A stretch of DNA of 64,000 bases from Raillietiella orientalis (lineage: Eukaryota): positions 186,001-250,000 of the forward strand of contig JAYWIR010000081.1 in assembly GCA_036172245.1 (NCBI GenBank), given 5' to 3'. The position numbers and the translations under genes are program-made. Position 1 is the first letter of the stretch. Every line of letters begins with the position of its first letter. The notes under the pieces were generated by a model that saw only the letters and a program-made list of their open reading frames with translations, did no database searches and was not told where the DNA came from. Positions 24,495 through 37,310 of this stretch are shown here, piece after piece.

Positions 24495-26129
24495 TCGAAC
24501 GCCTTATGGAGATCGACTGCGGTCGCTAGGGCTCCCTTCCCCGCCCCGAGTTCCTTTCCCAGCCCCGCTGGCGGCCCCAATGTTGGGTTGCCGATTTTCC
24601 CTTTCCCTTTCTTCTCTCTTCTCCTAGAATGCATCCACGTGCTTGCGAAGAAGAGGTTGGCGTCCATACATCGCCCGGGAACAGCATAGGTCTGCTCCGG
24701 GCTAATTGTGGACTCTGCCACCTGCCCCAAACGCGAAGCCCGTAGCCCTGCTAGCAACTTGGCGTCCGTATTCACGATGGTGATCGGACGAAAGTTGCTC
24801 AATTACCTGAGGTCTCCCTCTTTCGGGAGGAGCCTCACTCTGGATGAACGAAAAGAGGCGGGAACATCGCCTTCGTCTCGGATCAGCCTTGTCAACACGA
24901 GCACCACGGGGGCCAGATCTTGCGCGGAGCACAGAAAGAACTCCGCGGGCAAGCAATCCTCTCCTGGCGCCTTAAGCCTCTTGATCCTTTTGATACCGGC
25001 GAGAAATTCGCAGAGAGTGAAAGGCTTGTCGAGGCTTACCGACTCCTCTTCCCCTATTGCGAGGGCACCATCCGGGAGCAAGCGCCAAGAGGCATCTTAG
25101 TCCGAAGGCGTCGTGGCTTAGAGGGATGAATAAAATCTCCGCAGGAGATGTTGTTATGACGCCGGAAACGAACATTCCCGGCCCTGATCGTACAGCAAGC
25201 TGGCCGACCCGGATTGCTAGGCTTGGCGTTCGGTCCCAGCGCGGTACTCGGCCAAGCGACGCACATTAGCTGTTCTCTCGTAACGACGGTCCTGTAAATA
25301 GGCTCTATGGTTGTGAGGACCCTCGCGAAATCCGGGGGGCGGGCGATCCAGGGGGAACTGCTCGCAGAACTCCCGGACCGAGGCCTCAAAAAGGACCCAA
25401 TCCGAGAGACGCTGGAGCGTGACGCCTCTCAGAAATTTGCAAAGGTGTTCCTTCGCACCTTAGAGTCGCGTCCAGTCCCCCGGCAGACGCCAATATCTGG
25501 ATGGCGGTCTTTTGTCGCGAGGCCGCATCTCGAAAACTAACCGGACATGGTTCAAAAACCTCGACGCAACCCTCCTTCGTTTGCCGAACCGTGAAAACAC
25601 GTGAACGTCGAGGTAGACGTGGTCGATGCTGCGGATTATTCCCTTCTCACCCGCGAACAAGTTGCGCGCACGCATGGCGGCGCTGAACTCGTTCATCGCG
25701 TTCTCTTGTGTTTCAGGCTCACCTGTTAGCAGGCGGAGATTAAAATTTATTACCCGGTCACGCCGGGGCGTTTATTAATAATAATAAACTGGTCATGGAC
25801 AAAGTCCTCAACAACAGAACGTCACGGAACATAGAAAAATTCTCGGCACGCAGGCCTGGTAAACAAACCGCTCGCAGCGTGGGAGGAATGAGGGGAAACA
25901 AACAAAAATCAAAAACTGGAGGGACGGGTAACGGGTTTTTGGTTAGGCTCCGTACTCAAGGGAATTTATACGATGAGCACCTGAAATGTTCCGCAGCCTA
26001 TGGGGACGCTGGTGTGGAAAGAAAATACAAAATTAGTTTATGGAGGGAAGGGCAATGATCACCGGGCTGGCCGCTGCTGAGCGTGTGTCAACCGGCGGTG
26101 TATTGCGGCGAGATTCCTTTTTTTCTCCT

Positions 26130-27389
26130 CAGTCAACCGGCTGCTTCGGATTGACTTCAATCCTGGTGGCCAACGAACGCAGCCTGAACCATTGTGGTTA
26201 TCAGCTGCCGGATTTGGTTGCTCTGATGAGAGACAACCCTTGGATCTCCTGCATCCCAGCGGACTGGACTACCTGGCTTCAGGAGTCCGTATCCGCATGG
26301 GCGAAGATCAATGGCACCAGCGATGAGGACTTCTCCTGCCTCCGCAGAGGAAGGCACGCTGGTCAGCCACTCCAGGAGATCGTTTCCAACCCACGGAAAC
26401 TTCTGTGTGCTTCCTCCCCCCCCTTGCCCCAGTGCTGCCCTCCCTCAGGGAAGTTCGTGACAGCCACCAACAGGCATCGTGGGAAGTGTCCTGTCTCATC
26501 GGAGGCAGGAAAAAATCACTGAAGGCGTGGACGCCGAGGGAACTAGCGGACGCTAGTACCCCGAGTGTCCCGCCGAACGGACTTTTACGCTGTGGCGCGC
26601 TACAAGGTATACCTCCGGAGGAGGTGAAGTGGCCCCCAGCGTCATGGGACAACGGCACCCTTCCCCTGTAGTGGCAGGAGACGGCGTTGCTTCTGCTCCA
26701 CTGGGGACTTTTAAGCAGAGCACGCCTGTCGCGCTGGACATCGGGGAATGTGGATGCTAGTTGTGCAGAGTGCGGCAAAAGGGAGACCTTCCCCCACTTG
26801 ATTCTGGAGTGTGTTGCCCTCCACGAAATGTGGGACAGACTCTCGTCGATCCTCAACATTCCGGAGGGTGACCCGAAAAATATATTCAGACGCCTTCTAA
26901 CGCGAGACGGCTTGCCAGCCTCCGGGAGCGTAGCAGTGCTCTGCTGCATACGCGGTATCCTGGAGAAGTGGACCGCGTCTAGGAGAGGAAGGACAGCCGG
27001 AATGCCATCTACTGGGCAGCGATCTCCTTGGAGAAAGCGTGCCGTTGGCGCCGACTTCAAAAACATTTACCGGCACTTGTCCGCATTCGAAACCGGATTC
27101 AAAGGCCTGCTCACGGCGCAATGTGATCCCCTCCCTCCCTCCCGCTACCCAAAAACATTGCCCTCCAGACGTTTTTCTTTTTTTGTTTTGTTTTCTGTTT
27201 ATTTTCTCCGTCCCGGCGCCAGTGAAGGACTTTATCGGCCTCCGGGTCGATAAAGACAAGTGCTATTTAACTTCAATGAACGTCTGACGTCCGAAAAAGA
27301 AAATTTTTTTTAACAACAAAGACCTTATTACAAAATTTTGTAATGTCAGAATTTTAGTAATAAAAGCCCCGGCTTACCCGGGTGAAAAA
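26130..27389 (+). mobile_element. LINE family F-like 3' fragment, antisense within family C
   Basis: LLLHWGLLSRARLSRWT..CAECGKRETFPHL matches 40747..41388; 3' motif 27359-27389. Confidence 0.82.
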
Positions 27390-29199
27390 CCCCGTCGGGT
27401 TTCGTGGAGACTTCGCGTTGCTTCGCGGCGAGCGTTGCCTGGCTGCCTACTTTTGATCGGCGCGCACACGCTTTTGAACGAGTTGTCCTCGTCTCGGTGA
27501 TCGGAACAGCATCCACTTCAGAGTCCGACCGGCGCATGTTCGATCGGGTTTCGGCCTTCCGCGAAGTAGTGACAGGTTCTGCTGGATTGACAGCTGTCCT
27601 GTTGTCGTTTTCCGTCACCAGAGCATCGCTTTTGGTGACGGCTGCTTTCCCGGCGCGCGCGTTTTCAGCGTGCTCACGCGCAGTTGCACGAGGGACCTTT
27701 GCTGAAGTCTTCTTTACTTCATTACGGTTCCTCACTTCGCGTGGCGCCGTAAATGGAGATTGTGCTCCATTGCCATCTTTGAAGCCATCCGCGTCTTTGG
27801 ACGTGAGCACTTTGGATGGCTTCGACACGCTCGTCATGGACGCTGCCTTCGGAAGGGCTTTTAATCCCTTCGTTGGCATGGCATCCGCGCCAGTCGAGAG
27901 CTTGCTCTCCGATTGCGACGGCGTGTGATTTTTCTCCGCTTTCGCGGTGTTGGATCGCGACGCAGATGTTTTTTTGCCGACTTTCGAAGTCGACACGGCA
28001 CAACCCTTCTTACCCAATTTAGGCTTCTCAGCCACTGCAGAAGGTGAAGGAATGGATCTGACGGTACTGGAAGTGTCCTTACCGCCGTTGTCCATTGGCG
28101 TCCCCGTCTGTTGCTCGAACTCCGAGAGAGCCGGGCGTGCTTGGGAAAGACAGCTATTGCGCCTAGGGCAACTTACCATTGCCCCGGATTCCCCGCACTC
28201 TTTCTTTTTCGGCTCCCCTGCCGCGAGACGAAGCGCGCAGGGCTTCGCGTGAGAGGTTTCCTGCTGCTTTGGGGCGACATTCCGCCTCGCGTTTTTACGG
28301 AATTTCCGCCGTGAGGTCTCCAGGTTTTCAGCAGATTTTTTCTTTTTATCCGCGCTTTGTTTTTTAAGATGGAACTGAGCGGCTGTCTTTTTTCGCAAGG
28401 GATCCGGGCAATTTTTCAATTGGTGCCCGGATAGTTTGCAATAACGGCATATTCCAGAGGAACATTTATCCAAACAATGCCCCTCCTTCCCGCATTGCTC
28501 GCACGTTCTTGCTTTGCCCACGAACCACAGGTGAACGACCGTGTCTTCAACCTGTAGTTTGGTGGGCAGCAGACGGCGGTCCGGCATTGTAAGCCGGACT
28601 CCAGCGACTCCGCAGTGTATGGACGGGAAGTCCTTGAGGTTGCTACGCACCCTCCAAAGCGCATGGACCGCGGCGAATGTCGCCAACGCGTTCCGAGTTT
28701 CAATATCGGAGATTTCCGAATCGATGTCAAAAATCTCCGCCACAAATGAGTCGTCCATGGCGGCCGGGAAGACCTTCTTGCCACGGATCGCCAACATGGT
28801 GCGCAGCAAGCGTTGCACAAGTGCAGCGTCTTTGCAACGCACCTTGAAATAGTCCATATTCTTTACTTGCATAATGGCGAGGAGGTCCTCCTCCCGCACG
28901 CCAACACGGGTCAGTTCATCGTTGAACTGATTCCCGTCGCGCGCAGAAAGAAAGCCACTCACCTTATATCGGAGAGCAGGTCTATAGCCTTGGGCTACGT
29001 ATGCTCGCAACTTCGACTCGTCGAGTGGTTTCCCTTTTACGGCTGCTGTGGCAGCAACGTCAGCAAAACTCCTCTCCATTGGCGAGAACGACGAAGTGGA
29101 GGCGGCCGTCGGTTCCGCGATTGCGGATCCGGATTCTGTTCCTCCAACTTCAGTAGCTTCGTGTTGGGTCGACATCGTCGTCAAAATGTACGACGCCAA
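27390..29199 (-). CDS. Family C ORF1 (about 600 aa open frame, two CCHC knuckles, Lys/Ser/Ala-rich tail); C-terminus cut by an insertion
   Basis: ORF 27346..29199; CEQCGKEGHCLDKC and CRYCKLSGHQLKNC; the last ~14 codons come from the inserted element. Confidence 0.8.
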
Positions 29200-30224
29200 G
29201 ATGGAGCGGATGAAAGCACGGTGACCAGAGCGAAGAAAAACACGTCCGCACTTGATTGAAATCTCCCGCTATCAGGTGAGCCTTCCGCACGCTCGTGTCC
29301 GCCAGCCAGTCGCGATTCAGGGATTGGAGCAACCTGGTGCGGTCGCTGTATCCCTGTTTACCGCTCGGGACGTACACATTTGTGATGATCAGTTCGATCG
29401 AGTTGGACCAGCTGAGAATCAGCTGAACGTTTCGATCGTCGTCATTGATGCGAACGACCTTTACGGCAGCGTCGATGGCCGGCTTCACGAAGAAACCGAC
29501 CCCGCAGGTGTTGCGGCAGCCGCTTTGCAAGTACAGCCGACCTCCCGCGATGGTCTCGATTTCCTGGACTTCCGTCGCAGAGATCACGTGGATCTCCTGC
29601 AGCAGCGCCAGGTCGTGCTCACGCAGGGTGTCGGCCGTATATCGTCTGTTGCCGTCGTCGTGCAGCACGTTGACATTCCAACAGGCGGCGCGAATCCGAC
29701 AGCGACTGGCGAGCCCAGGTGTTAGTCCTGGGAAAACGGCAATGCGGCGTCCGCCACCTGCTAGGGCGGGTCGCTAGGTGGAGGTGAAGGGGAGACAGGT
29801 ACTGAAGGCACCTTTTCCTCCTCCTCCATCCGTGCTGGCGCGCCGGCCGGATCACCCGCAGGTTGAGTGGCGCCTACCTGTGCGCCCTTCAACATGGATT
29901 CGGGCTGTTCAGGTTCCGGGACTGCAGGGAGGACTTCACCCCCCTGCTCACCCTCCTCCATGGTGGTGACCGACTCGATGGCTTCGGGAGTGGGTGTTCC
30001 CTCTCCGGGATTCCCACGCTGCCGGTTCCTTCCGGCTTCTCCTCCTCGGGAAAAGTAAAGGCGCCTCCTGGGTTTCTGGGACTTGCGTCCCCACTTACTG
30101 GGGATCGCCTCCGAGGAGGAGGATGTGCTTACGGCCCTTAGTTCGCACTCACCTGCGGGGGCCTTCTTCGTCGGAGCCGACCTGCGTACGCCCTTGCGCG
30201 ACGGGGTTTTGCGCTCGGAGAGCG

Positions 30225-30380
30225 TTACTGCGAGCTCCTCCGCCGCTTTCTCGAAGGCCGCGTCTTCGCCAGCGGCGACCGTTGCCGCGGGCTGCTCCGC
30301 GACCTTATCGAGCGCGGAGTCATCGCTGACGGCGATCGTTGCCGCGGGCTCCTCCGCGACTTTATCGAGCGCGCCGTCCT
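30225..30380 (-). repeat. 57-bp coding tandem repeat (about 2.7 copies) in family B ORF1
   Basis: DGALDKVAEEPAATIAVSD / DSALDKVAEQPAATVAAGE / DAAFEKAAEELA; only a single unit in the other B copies. Confidence 0.75.
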
Positions 30381-31689
30381 GGCTGTCGGCTCGCGAGTCT
30401 AGCGTATCACCCTCTAAACGTAGAATGGGCTCGTCCAGGCGAGTATTCATAGCGTCCGCATCAGCTGTTCCGCTAACATTGCCGAGGTCGGCCTCGGCAG
30501 GAACGGCTAAGCGTTCTAGTGCCACCGAGCATTTGCGGAGTTGTTTCTTTGAAAGTGGCGCGGCTTTTTTCTTTTTGCCGGCAGTTTTCTTCTCCGACTT
30601 TTCTGATGCCATCAGTTTCTTTTTTTTTCTTTCCTCGCCTGAACCAGCTGCCAACCCTCCTGCATTTCCGCGTCCACGGTAGCTCTTTCCTCCGACGCCT
30701 GTACGGCAGCAAGGGAGGCTGACAGTTGGGAACGGCCATTCTCGCGAGCTGGCCTTTCTACCATCTTTCCACGTTTTCCCTGCTCTTTTCTGGCGGCACG
30801 GGGCACCGGGGTGGGACGCTTGGGGCAAACGCACCGAACGTGACGCTTTCCACCGCATAGGTGGCATACAATATTCGGGCACCTTTTTCGTAGATGCCCT
30901 ACTGCATTGCAGTAGCCACAAAATTGGGGTTTTTCCGCGTACCAGAGGTCCACCGCTTCTTGGCAGACCTCCAGCTTGTGGTGAAGCGCACCACCCTCTT
31001 TTACTGTGATACGCGCTGCAGCTTGACCTCCGAAAAGGCTATTGTAGCCTTGGAAAATCATGGGCTTCGGCCACAACGCGTGCACTTCTGCGTGCTTTTG
31101 CAACTGATCACGAACCTCTGACCTAGTCATGCGATTGGAGATCCCAGTGAGATGAACCACTACCGAGCGGTCCATCGTCACCGGCAAGATCTTTCGACCA
31201 TCAACGATCAGCGGGTCGATGATCAGGCGTTGGGCCAAGGTGATATCTTTGCATACCACCTCGACCCGCTGCCCGCCGCTGAGGACGGAGAGGCCGTCAA
31301 GATGTTTTTCGAAGATATTGGCGTTCTGCAGCGCCTTCGTAAAGGCGCGTGCAGTTCGCCCATCAACAAGGTTGCCTACCTTATAAACTAGCGAGGGTTT
31401 ATATCCCGCTTTCTTGTAGGCTTCCATCTCGGCCATGGCTTCCACGCTAGGCGCGGCCACCATGGCTCTCCAGGACCTCGGCTTCGCCGGGGACGATTCC
31501 GGGGCGGATGCCCCTGATCCAGTAGGCTGTGGGGACGAACAAGCCTCCATCACGCCTACTTCCATCGCGGTGTCCTCTGGCAACGCTGCCATCGGACACC
31601 GACGATGTGCTCGCACAAACCCTTTAAGAAAAAACCACTCGCCTTGCCACGCAGGCGGAGCGCAGGAAAAGCACGTCCTCTCTCCATAG

Positions 31690-34627
31690 AGGAAATTTGG
31701 ATGAAGGGCCCGCAACGAAAGGGCGTATTTGCACGCCCGTCGTTTCGCAAGGACCCCTGATCTCCGTCGCTTGACGGAATACAAAGCCGGGGCTGTGCGT
31801 CAGACATGGCAAACCGGACCGCTTAGCGTGCTGGAGGATTTGGACCAGGAACAGTCGGAGCCAGCTTCGATCCGTCGCCTCTTGCGCGGATTTTTCTCCT
31901 CTCTTTGCGGGAGGGCTCCTGCCGAGTGGGACGCTTCGCGGCGTTTGCTTCCAGATGGAGCCCCGACCATAGATGAGGAAGAGAAAGAAAGTCTATATGA
32001 GCCTTTTACAATCGGGAAAATCATCAGGTAGATTAAAAGCCTCAAAAAACGTAAGGCGCCAGGGGAGGACGGCCTGCCGGCGGAGTTCTTTCAGTGCTTC
32101 GTCGCAGAGCTGACCCCCATGGTGCTCAAATTGACATCGCTGATCCGAGACGAAGGCGATGTTCCTTCCTCGTTTCGGTCAGGCAGGGTGAGGCTCCTCC
32201 CAATGGGAAGGGACCTTAGGAAATAAAGCAGCTGGCTTCTGATCACGATAGTGAACACGGACGCCAAGCTGCTGACCGGACTGTGGGCAGCGCGACTGGG
32301 ACAGGTTCCGAGCTGACAGCTTCGTCAGCTCGGAACAGACGGACGCTGTTCCCGGGAGAAGCATGGAAGCGAACCTGTTCTTCGCCAGCACATGGTTTAA
32401 TCTACAATACGAAGAAAAAGAGGAGAAAAGAGAACAAAATAACGACAAACCTGATTTCGGAACGCCAGCGCGGCAAACAAAGGACTGCAGGGAAGGGAAG
32501 GGGGCTTTGGCGGTCGCAGTCGATTTACACAAAGCGTTCGATTGCGTGGACCAGGAACTCCTTCTGTAGCTCCTGAATTGCATGGGCTTTCCGAACATCT
32601 TATTGGCTTACCTGCGCGCCTGCTGTCGAAATGCGATCATTTACTTATGTTTCAGATTACAGCATGTGTTCGGGCTACCGGTGAGGCGCGTCATCCGGCA
32701 GGGCGACAGCCTCAGTCCCCTACTCTTCAGCACCTATTTCGAACTGGTGCTGAGAGCATACAGGGTGACATTGGCTGCCCTGCCGAGCTCGTGTCCAGGT
32801 ACACCGGCAGTGTCGGCGTACGCTGACGATGTTTTGCTCCTGCTGCCCATGTCCGCCCCGGCTTCGGCAGTCGAAGATTTCTTCGACTTGTTGAACCGTG
32901 GGACAGGACCACAGGTGAACAGGACGAAGACATCGCTGGTTGCGCTTGGTGCTACGTGGGCAGGACGACCTGATTGGATCCGCCTGAAGATCCCCACGGA
33001 CAGGTACTTAAAGTACCTCGGCGTTCCGTTGGGGGACTTCTGTCAGTCGGAAGCCTGGTCAGATCGTCTCCAAGAGGTGAAGTCAGCGATCGGCCCGTTC
33101 CTGGAAGGCAAGCTTCACTTGCCGGAACGGGCCGCGGTGTGAAACGCGTTCGGGGCCCCCCTCCTTCGCCCCCTGCTTTTTGTTTGCCCCGTACCCCGTG
33201 AATTAAGAAAAAGAACGAAGGACCTCCTACGTATTGCCCTGTGAGGCGACAAGAGGCCCCGTGTGCCTCTAAAAGACTTGTGCGCTCCACGCCGGGACGG
33301 AGGTCTCAGCGTAGTGACGATGGAGCGAATGGAAACACAGCTGCGGTGGGGCACTCTAGCCATCGCAGCGAAAATGTGGAGCACCCCTTGGTGCGTTCCA
33401 GCCCACCTTCTTTCCAGACGTGTGTCCGGGACTGAATGACTCGCGTCTTTTCTGCTGTGCCCCGGCCGGAAAAAAAGAAGGTGCGTACTTCTCCTGGGAC
33501 GCATGGCCACTCTGGCAAAGGAGAAAGCGTGGATGACCTGCAGCCCCGCCAACTCTAGCGCATGGCTGGAAGAAACAGTTGGAACGTGGGCAAAGATAAA
33601 CAATATCAGTGAAGAATCCTGCAACGGCCTGCGTACCGGCATCTACACCCGCTGCACGCTGCGGAACATGAACGTGTGTCCCGCCAGAAGAACTTGGGCG
33701 GAGACGACCCCACTGGCCACGGCGTTACCCTTCCTACGGAGGGCGCTCCAAAATATCCGGAATCCTAGATGGCATGTCTCCTGCGGATAGCGGGCAAAGA
33801 GAAGGATCTGACTGGGTGGACCATGAAAGATCTGGTTGAAACCTCGACCCCAAGAGTTAACCCGCATACACTACGGAGATGGGGCGAGCTGCTTGGCATC
33901 CCGATGTATGACCTAGAGTCGCCCCCGACGTTCATTGATTCATTTATCCTCCCCCTAAAGTGGCAGGAAACGGCGCTGTTGTTGTTGCACTGAAGTCTTC
34001 CTTGCAACGGGCGCCGCCAACACTGGACGTGGGGGTATGTTCATCCGATCTGTGCAGTGTACAGGGAGAAGGAATCACTCCCCCATCTGTTAGTGGACTG
34101 CGCTGCCCTCCGGCCCTTGTGGGAACGTCTTTCAACGAACCTTTCAGTGCCCGTAGGCAGCACCATCAGAGACGTTATGAGGCTCCTCTTCCTGCGACAC
34201 GCCCTGACACCAGCCTCAGCCCTGGCAGCACTTTGCTGCCTCCGAGGGATTGTGACCGCGTGGAGCGCAGCCAACAGAGGAAGCAGCGACAGGGATCTCA
34301 TCGTACACGGTAGTCGATGCCTGCGAATCGCGATCGGCTGGTCCCATCTGAGAACAATGAAGAGGGATCTCGAGGGCATCCTCGAAAGGATGGTCTCTTC
34401 CTCCAGCGGGCTTTGATCCCTTCCCGGCCCTCCAAATAATTTCTTTTCGTTTATTTCTTTTATTTTTCTTTTCGTTTTTACCCTCTACCCTCTTCTCTGC
34501 CGAGGAGAGTCAAGACGGCCTGCGAGCCGGCTTTCCGGCAGGTCCAAAGGACTATTGGCCGTAGCGGAACCTCGTTATGCGAAAACAAAGTGTTTAGGAA
34601 TAAACGCTTCGGCGTGACCGGGGAAAA
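31690..34627 (+). mobile_element. LINE family G, ORF2 from linker to 3' end, degenerate
   Basis: RAYLHARRFARTPD, KAPGEDG, DLHKAFD, RQGDSLSP, YADD, ends DLEGILERMVSSSSGL*; 3' motif 34599-34627. Confidence 0.88.
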
Positions 34628-36136
34628 CTTACCCGTGTCCAGTGATGACGGCGTGAATTGCAGGGCAGTCCATAGTGCAACAGCAGCAGCGCCTAATCCT
34701 GCCATTTTAGGGGGAGGATTCTGGTTTCTGTTATTACTGGGGGCCACTTGAGCTCATCAGTCATGATGCCGAGCAGCTCGCCCCATTTTTTGAGTCCTTG
34801 CGGAAGGACGCTATGTTGAGGCGTCCACAAGCTGTCGCACTGTCCAACCGCTCTTTAGGTTTTCGCTGCCTACGATACGATAAGAGACTTGCCACCTCGG
34901 CGTCCGGCTGCTCACGATTGTCCTACGTAGGAAGGGTAGCACCGTCGCCAGGCAAGTCGCCTCTTCCCACGTGCTTCTGGCGGGACACTTCACGATCTCG
35001 CGTAGAGTGCAGCGGGCGTATCGGCCGCGTCGCAGGCTAGTCCATGTCACGTAACTCATCTTATTCACTACAGCCCACGTGCCAACTGTTTCATTCAGCC
35101 ATGCGCTGGAGTTGACGGGGCGGCAGATCATCCAAGCATTCTCCCTCGCCATGGTGGCTACTTGTCCCAGCAGATGTCCGAATCTTCTTGTCTTCCTTCC
35201 ACGACATTAAAGAAGCGATGCGAGTCCTTCCGTTCCGGATACACGTGTGGCGAGTGAGGGACAGGGAGCACACCAGGGAGTGCTCCACATCTTGGCTGCG
35301 ATCGCCAAGGATCGCAATCGCAGCTGAATTTCCATGCGCTCCAGCATCAGGAGGCCTAGTTCACCATCACGACGCGGAGAGCACAAGTATATCAAAGGGA
35401 CTCGGGGCCTCCCCTTGCCCTAAAGGGCGATGCGCAGGAGGTCGTTGGTCCTCTTTTTTAATTCTTTGAGGACGGGGCAAACAAAAAGTAGGGGGCGAAG
35501 GATGGGAGCCCCTAAAGCGTTCCATACTGCGGCCCGTTCCGGCAAGTAAAACTTGCCGTTTAGGAACGGGCGAATCGCCAAATCCACCTTCTGAAGATCG
35601 CCTGACCATGCTTCTGACGGGCAGTAGTCCTCTAGAGGAACGCCAAGGTACTTCAGATGTGTGTCAGTCGGGATCCCCAGGCGGATCCAGTCAGGCCGTC
35701 CTACCCACGTCGCTCCAGCTGTCAACATCGACGAAATTGCTCTGTTGACCCGTAGCCCTGTCCCAAGGCTTAGCAAGTCGGAGAAATATTCGACTGCGGT
35801 TGCAGGGGAGGAAATTGGGAGCAGTAGCAGGAGATCGTCGGCATATGCAGCCACGGCAGGCGTACCGGGACATGAGCTTGGCAAGGCAGCCAAAGTCATC
35901 CTGTATGCTCTCAGCACCAACTTCAAATAGGTGATAAAGTGGAGGGGACTGAGGCTATCGCCCTTTTGAATCCCGCGGCGCACCGGCACGCAGTACACGC
36001 TCTGCCCTCTCAAAGATATGTTTGTTAACGCGGCTCATCAGCAGGAGCGCAGGTACGCCGTTAATGTAGGAGGGAAGCCCATACGATGCAGAAGCTCCAG
36101 CAGGAGCTCCTGGTCCACGCAGTCGAACTCCTTTTG
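34628..36136 (-). pseudogene. LINE ORF2 fragment (KAFD to HWTR), bounded by an A insertion and a G insertion
   Basis: ORF 35420..36013 (QKGDSLSP, AYADD, KYLG); LHYGLPCNSRRHHWTRV at the left end. Confidence 0.85.
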
Positions 36137-37310
36137 TGCTCCAGGGTGGATGTGTTTTCTCGGTGCTCCTCGTGCCAGGAAGTCTCCCCCAGTGCAAGCG
36201 TCGTGTGGTTCGGTGGTTGCTCAGGCAGCGATGGCTGACGCGACCATTAGGGATGGCCAGTGTGCAGCGGCAACGCCGCCCCCAGAGGCGATGGACAGCC
36301 AGGGGGCGGCGGCAACGTCGCTCCCAGAGGCGATGAAGATCGGTCCCCGCTGCAGCGCGGGCGTGAAGCGCCGTTGTGTCGGCGACATCGCCTGCAGCCG
36401 CGGCAGAATTGTCGGCCTATGTAGAGGAGGGGTACAACCTTTCATTGTTCTACAAGGTAGGCAATCTATATTCTTTAAAGAGCGCGCTCGCCTTCTCGAA
36501 GAGCATGCGCGCTTTCGATGTGAAGGAGGAGGAGCTCAGCGCTATGACCATCCGCAGCAGGGGTCAGTACGTTGAGGTCATCTGCAAACAAGCAGAGCTG
36601 GCCCAACGACTGCTTAAAACCCCCGTGGTGATCGAAACGCGCAGGCTCCTCTTTATTACGACGGACCGCAGCATGGTGGTCCACCTGTTAGGTGTTACCG
36701 CGCGGATGAGCAAGAAACAGGTTCGCGCCGCGTTGGAGCAATACGGAACGGTCCACGCGCAGTGGACGAAAGTTAGTCCTTGCGAAAAATACACGGAGCT
36801 GCAACACGGCCTCACGGCTGCGCGCGTGACCGTTCGGGAGGGCTGCACTCTTCCCCACAAACTGGTGGTCTTAGGCGAAACCGTCGACCTCTGGTATGTG
36901 GGGAAGACGAAATACTGCGGCTTCTGCAATACGTCAGGCCACCTCAAAAAGAGGTGTCCCAACGTGCAGTGCCAAATATGCGGCACAATGGGTCACACGA
37001 GGGAGGTGTGCCAAAAAGCAGCAGTGTGGGTGGTTTTCAAGAGAAGCTTTAAAAAACGCGCCAGGCTGCTGCAAAAGAAGCTGGCGGCGAAAGCTGCCTA
37101 GAAGGCTGTTCCACCCGCACCCAAGGCCCAGGCTGCACCCGCGACCCCGGCGAACAACGCCTAACAAGTCGAGGGAACAAGCCAGGAGCCTAAGTGGCAG
37201 GCGGCAACAGCCATGAAAACAAAAAAAGGACGAAGATCAAAAAAAAAGCTCGCGTACCGCCAGAAAAAACAGCAGACAAGATAGCAAGTGAAACAATGCA
37301 GCGTTATCGT
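36137..37310 (+). mobile_element. LINE family A, 5' end plus ORF1 N-terminal two-thirds, interrupted by family I
   Basis: ORF 36376..37101 closely matches ORF1 at 19019-20681; same junction in host KAFD. Confidence 0.88.

Larger units (their letters stand above)
25747..29253 (-). mobile_element. LINE family C (ORF1 plus 3' end; most of ORF2 missing), 9-bp TSD, same orientation as its B host
   Basis: TSD on the minus strand atttcaatc (29262-29254) / attttaatc (25746-25738); 3' motif 25747-25776; 3' UTR homologous to 54145-54456. Confidence 0.88.
18361..31686 (-). mobile_element. LINE family B copy (3'-truncated) split by nested A (18925-24494) and C (25747-29253) insertions
   Basis: Collinear pieces: ORF1 about 31590-29723, APE 29722-29254, APE-linker-RT 25746-24495, RT 18924-18361; reading frame rejoins across both TSDs. 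Confidence 0.88.
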
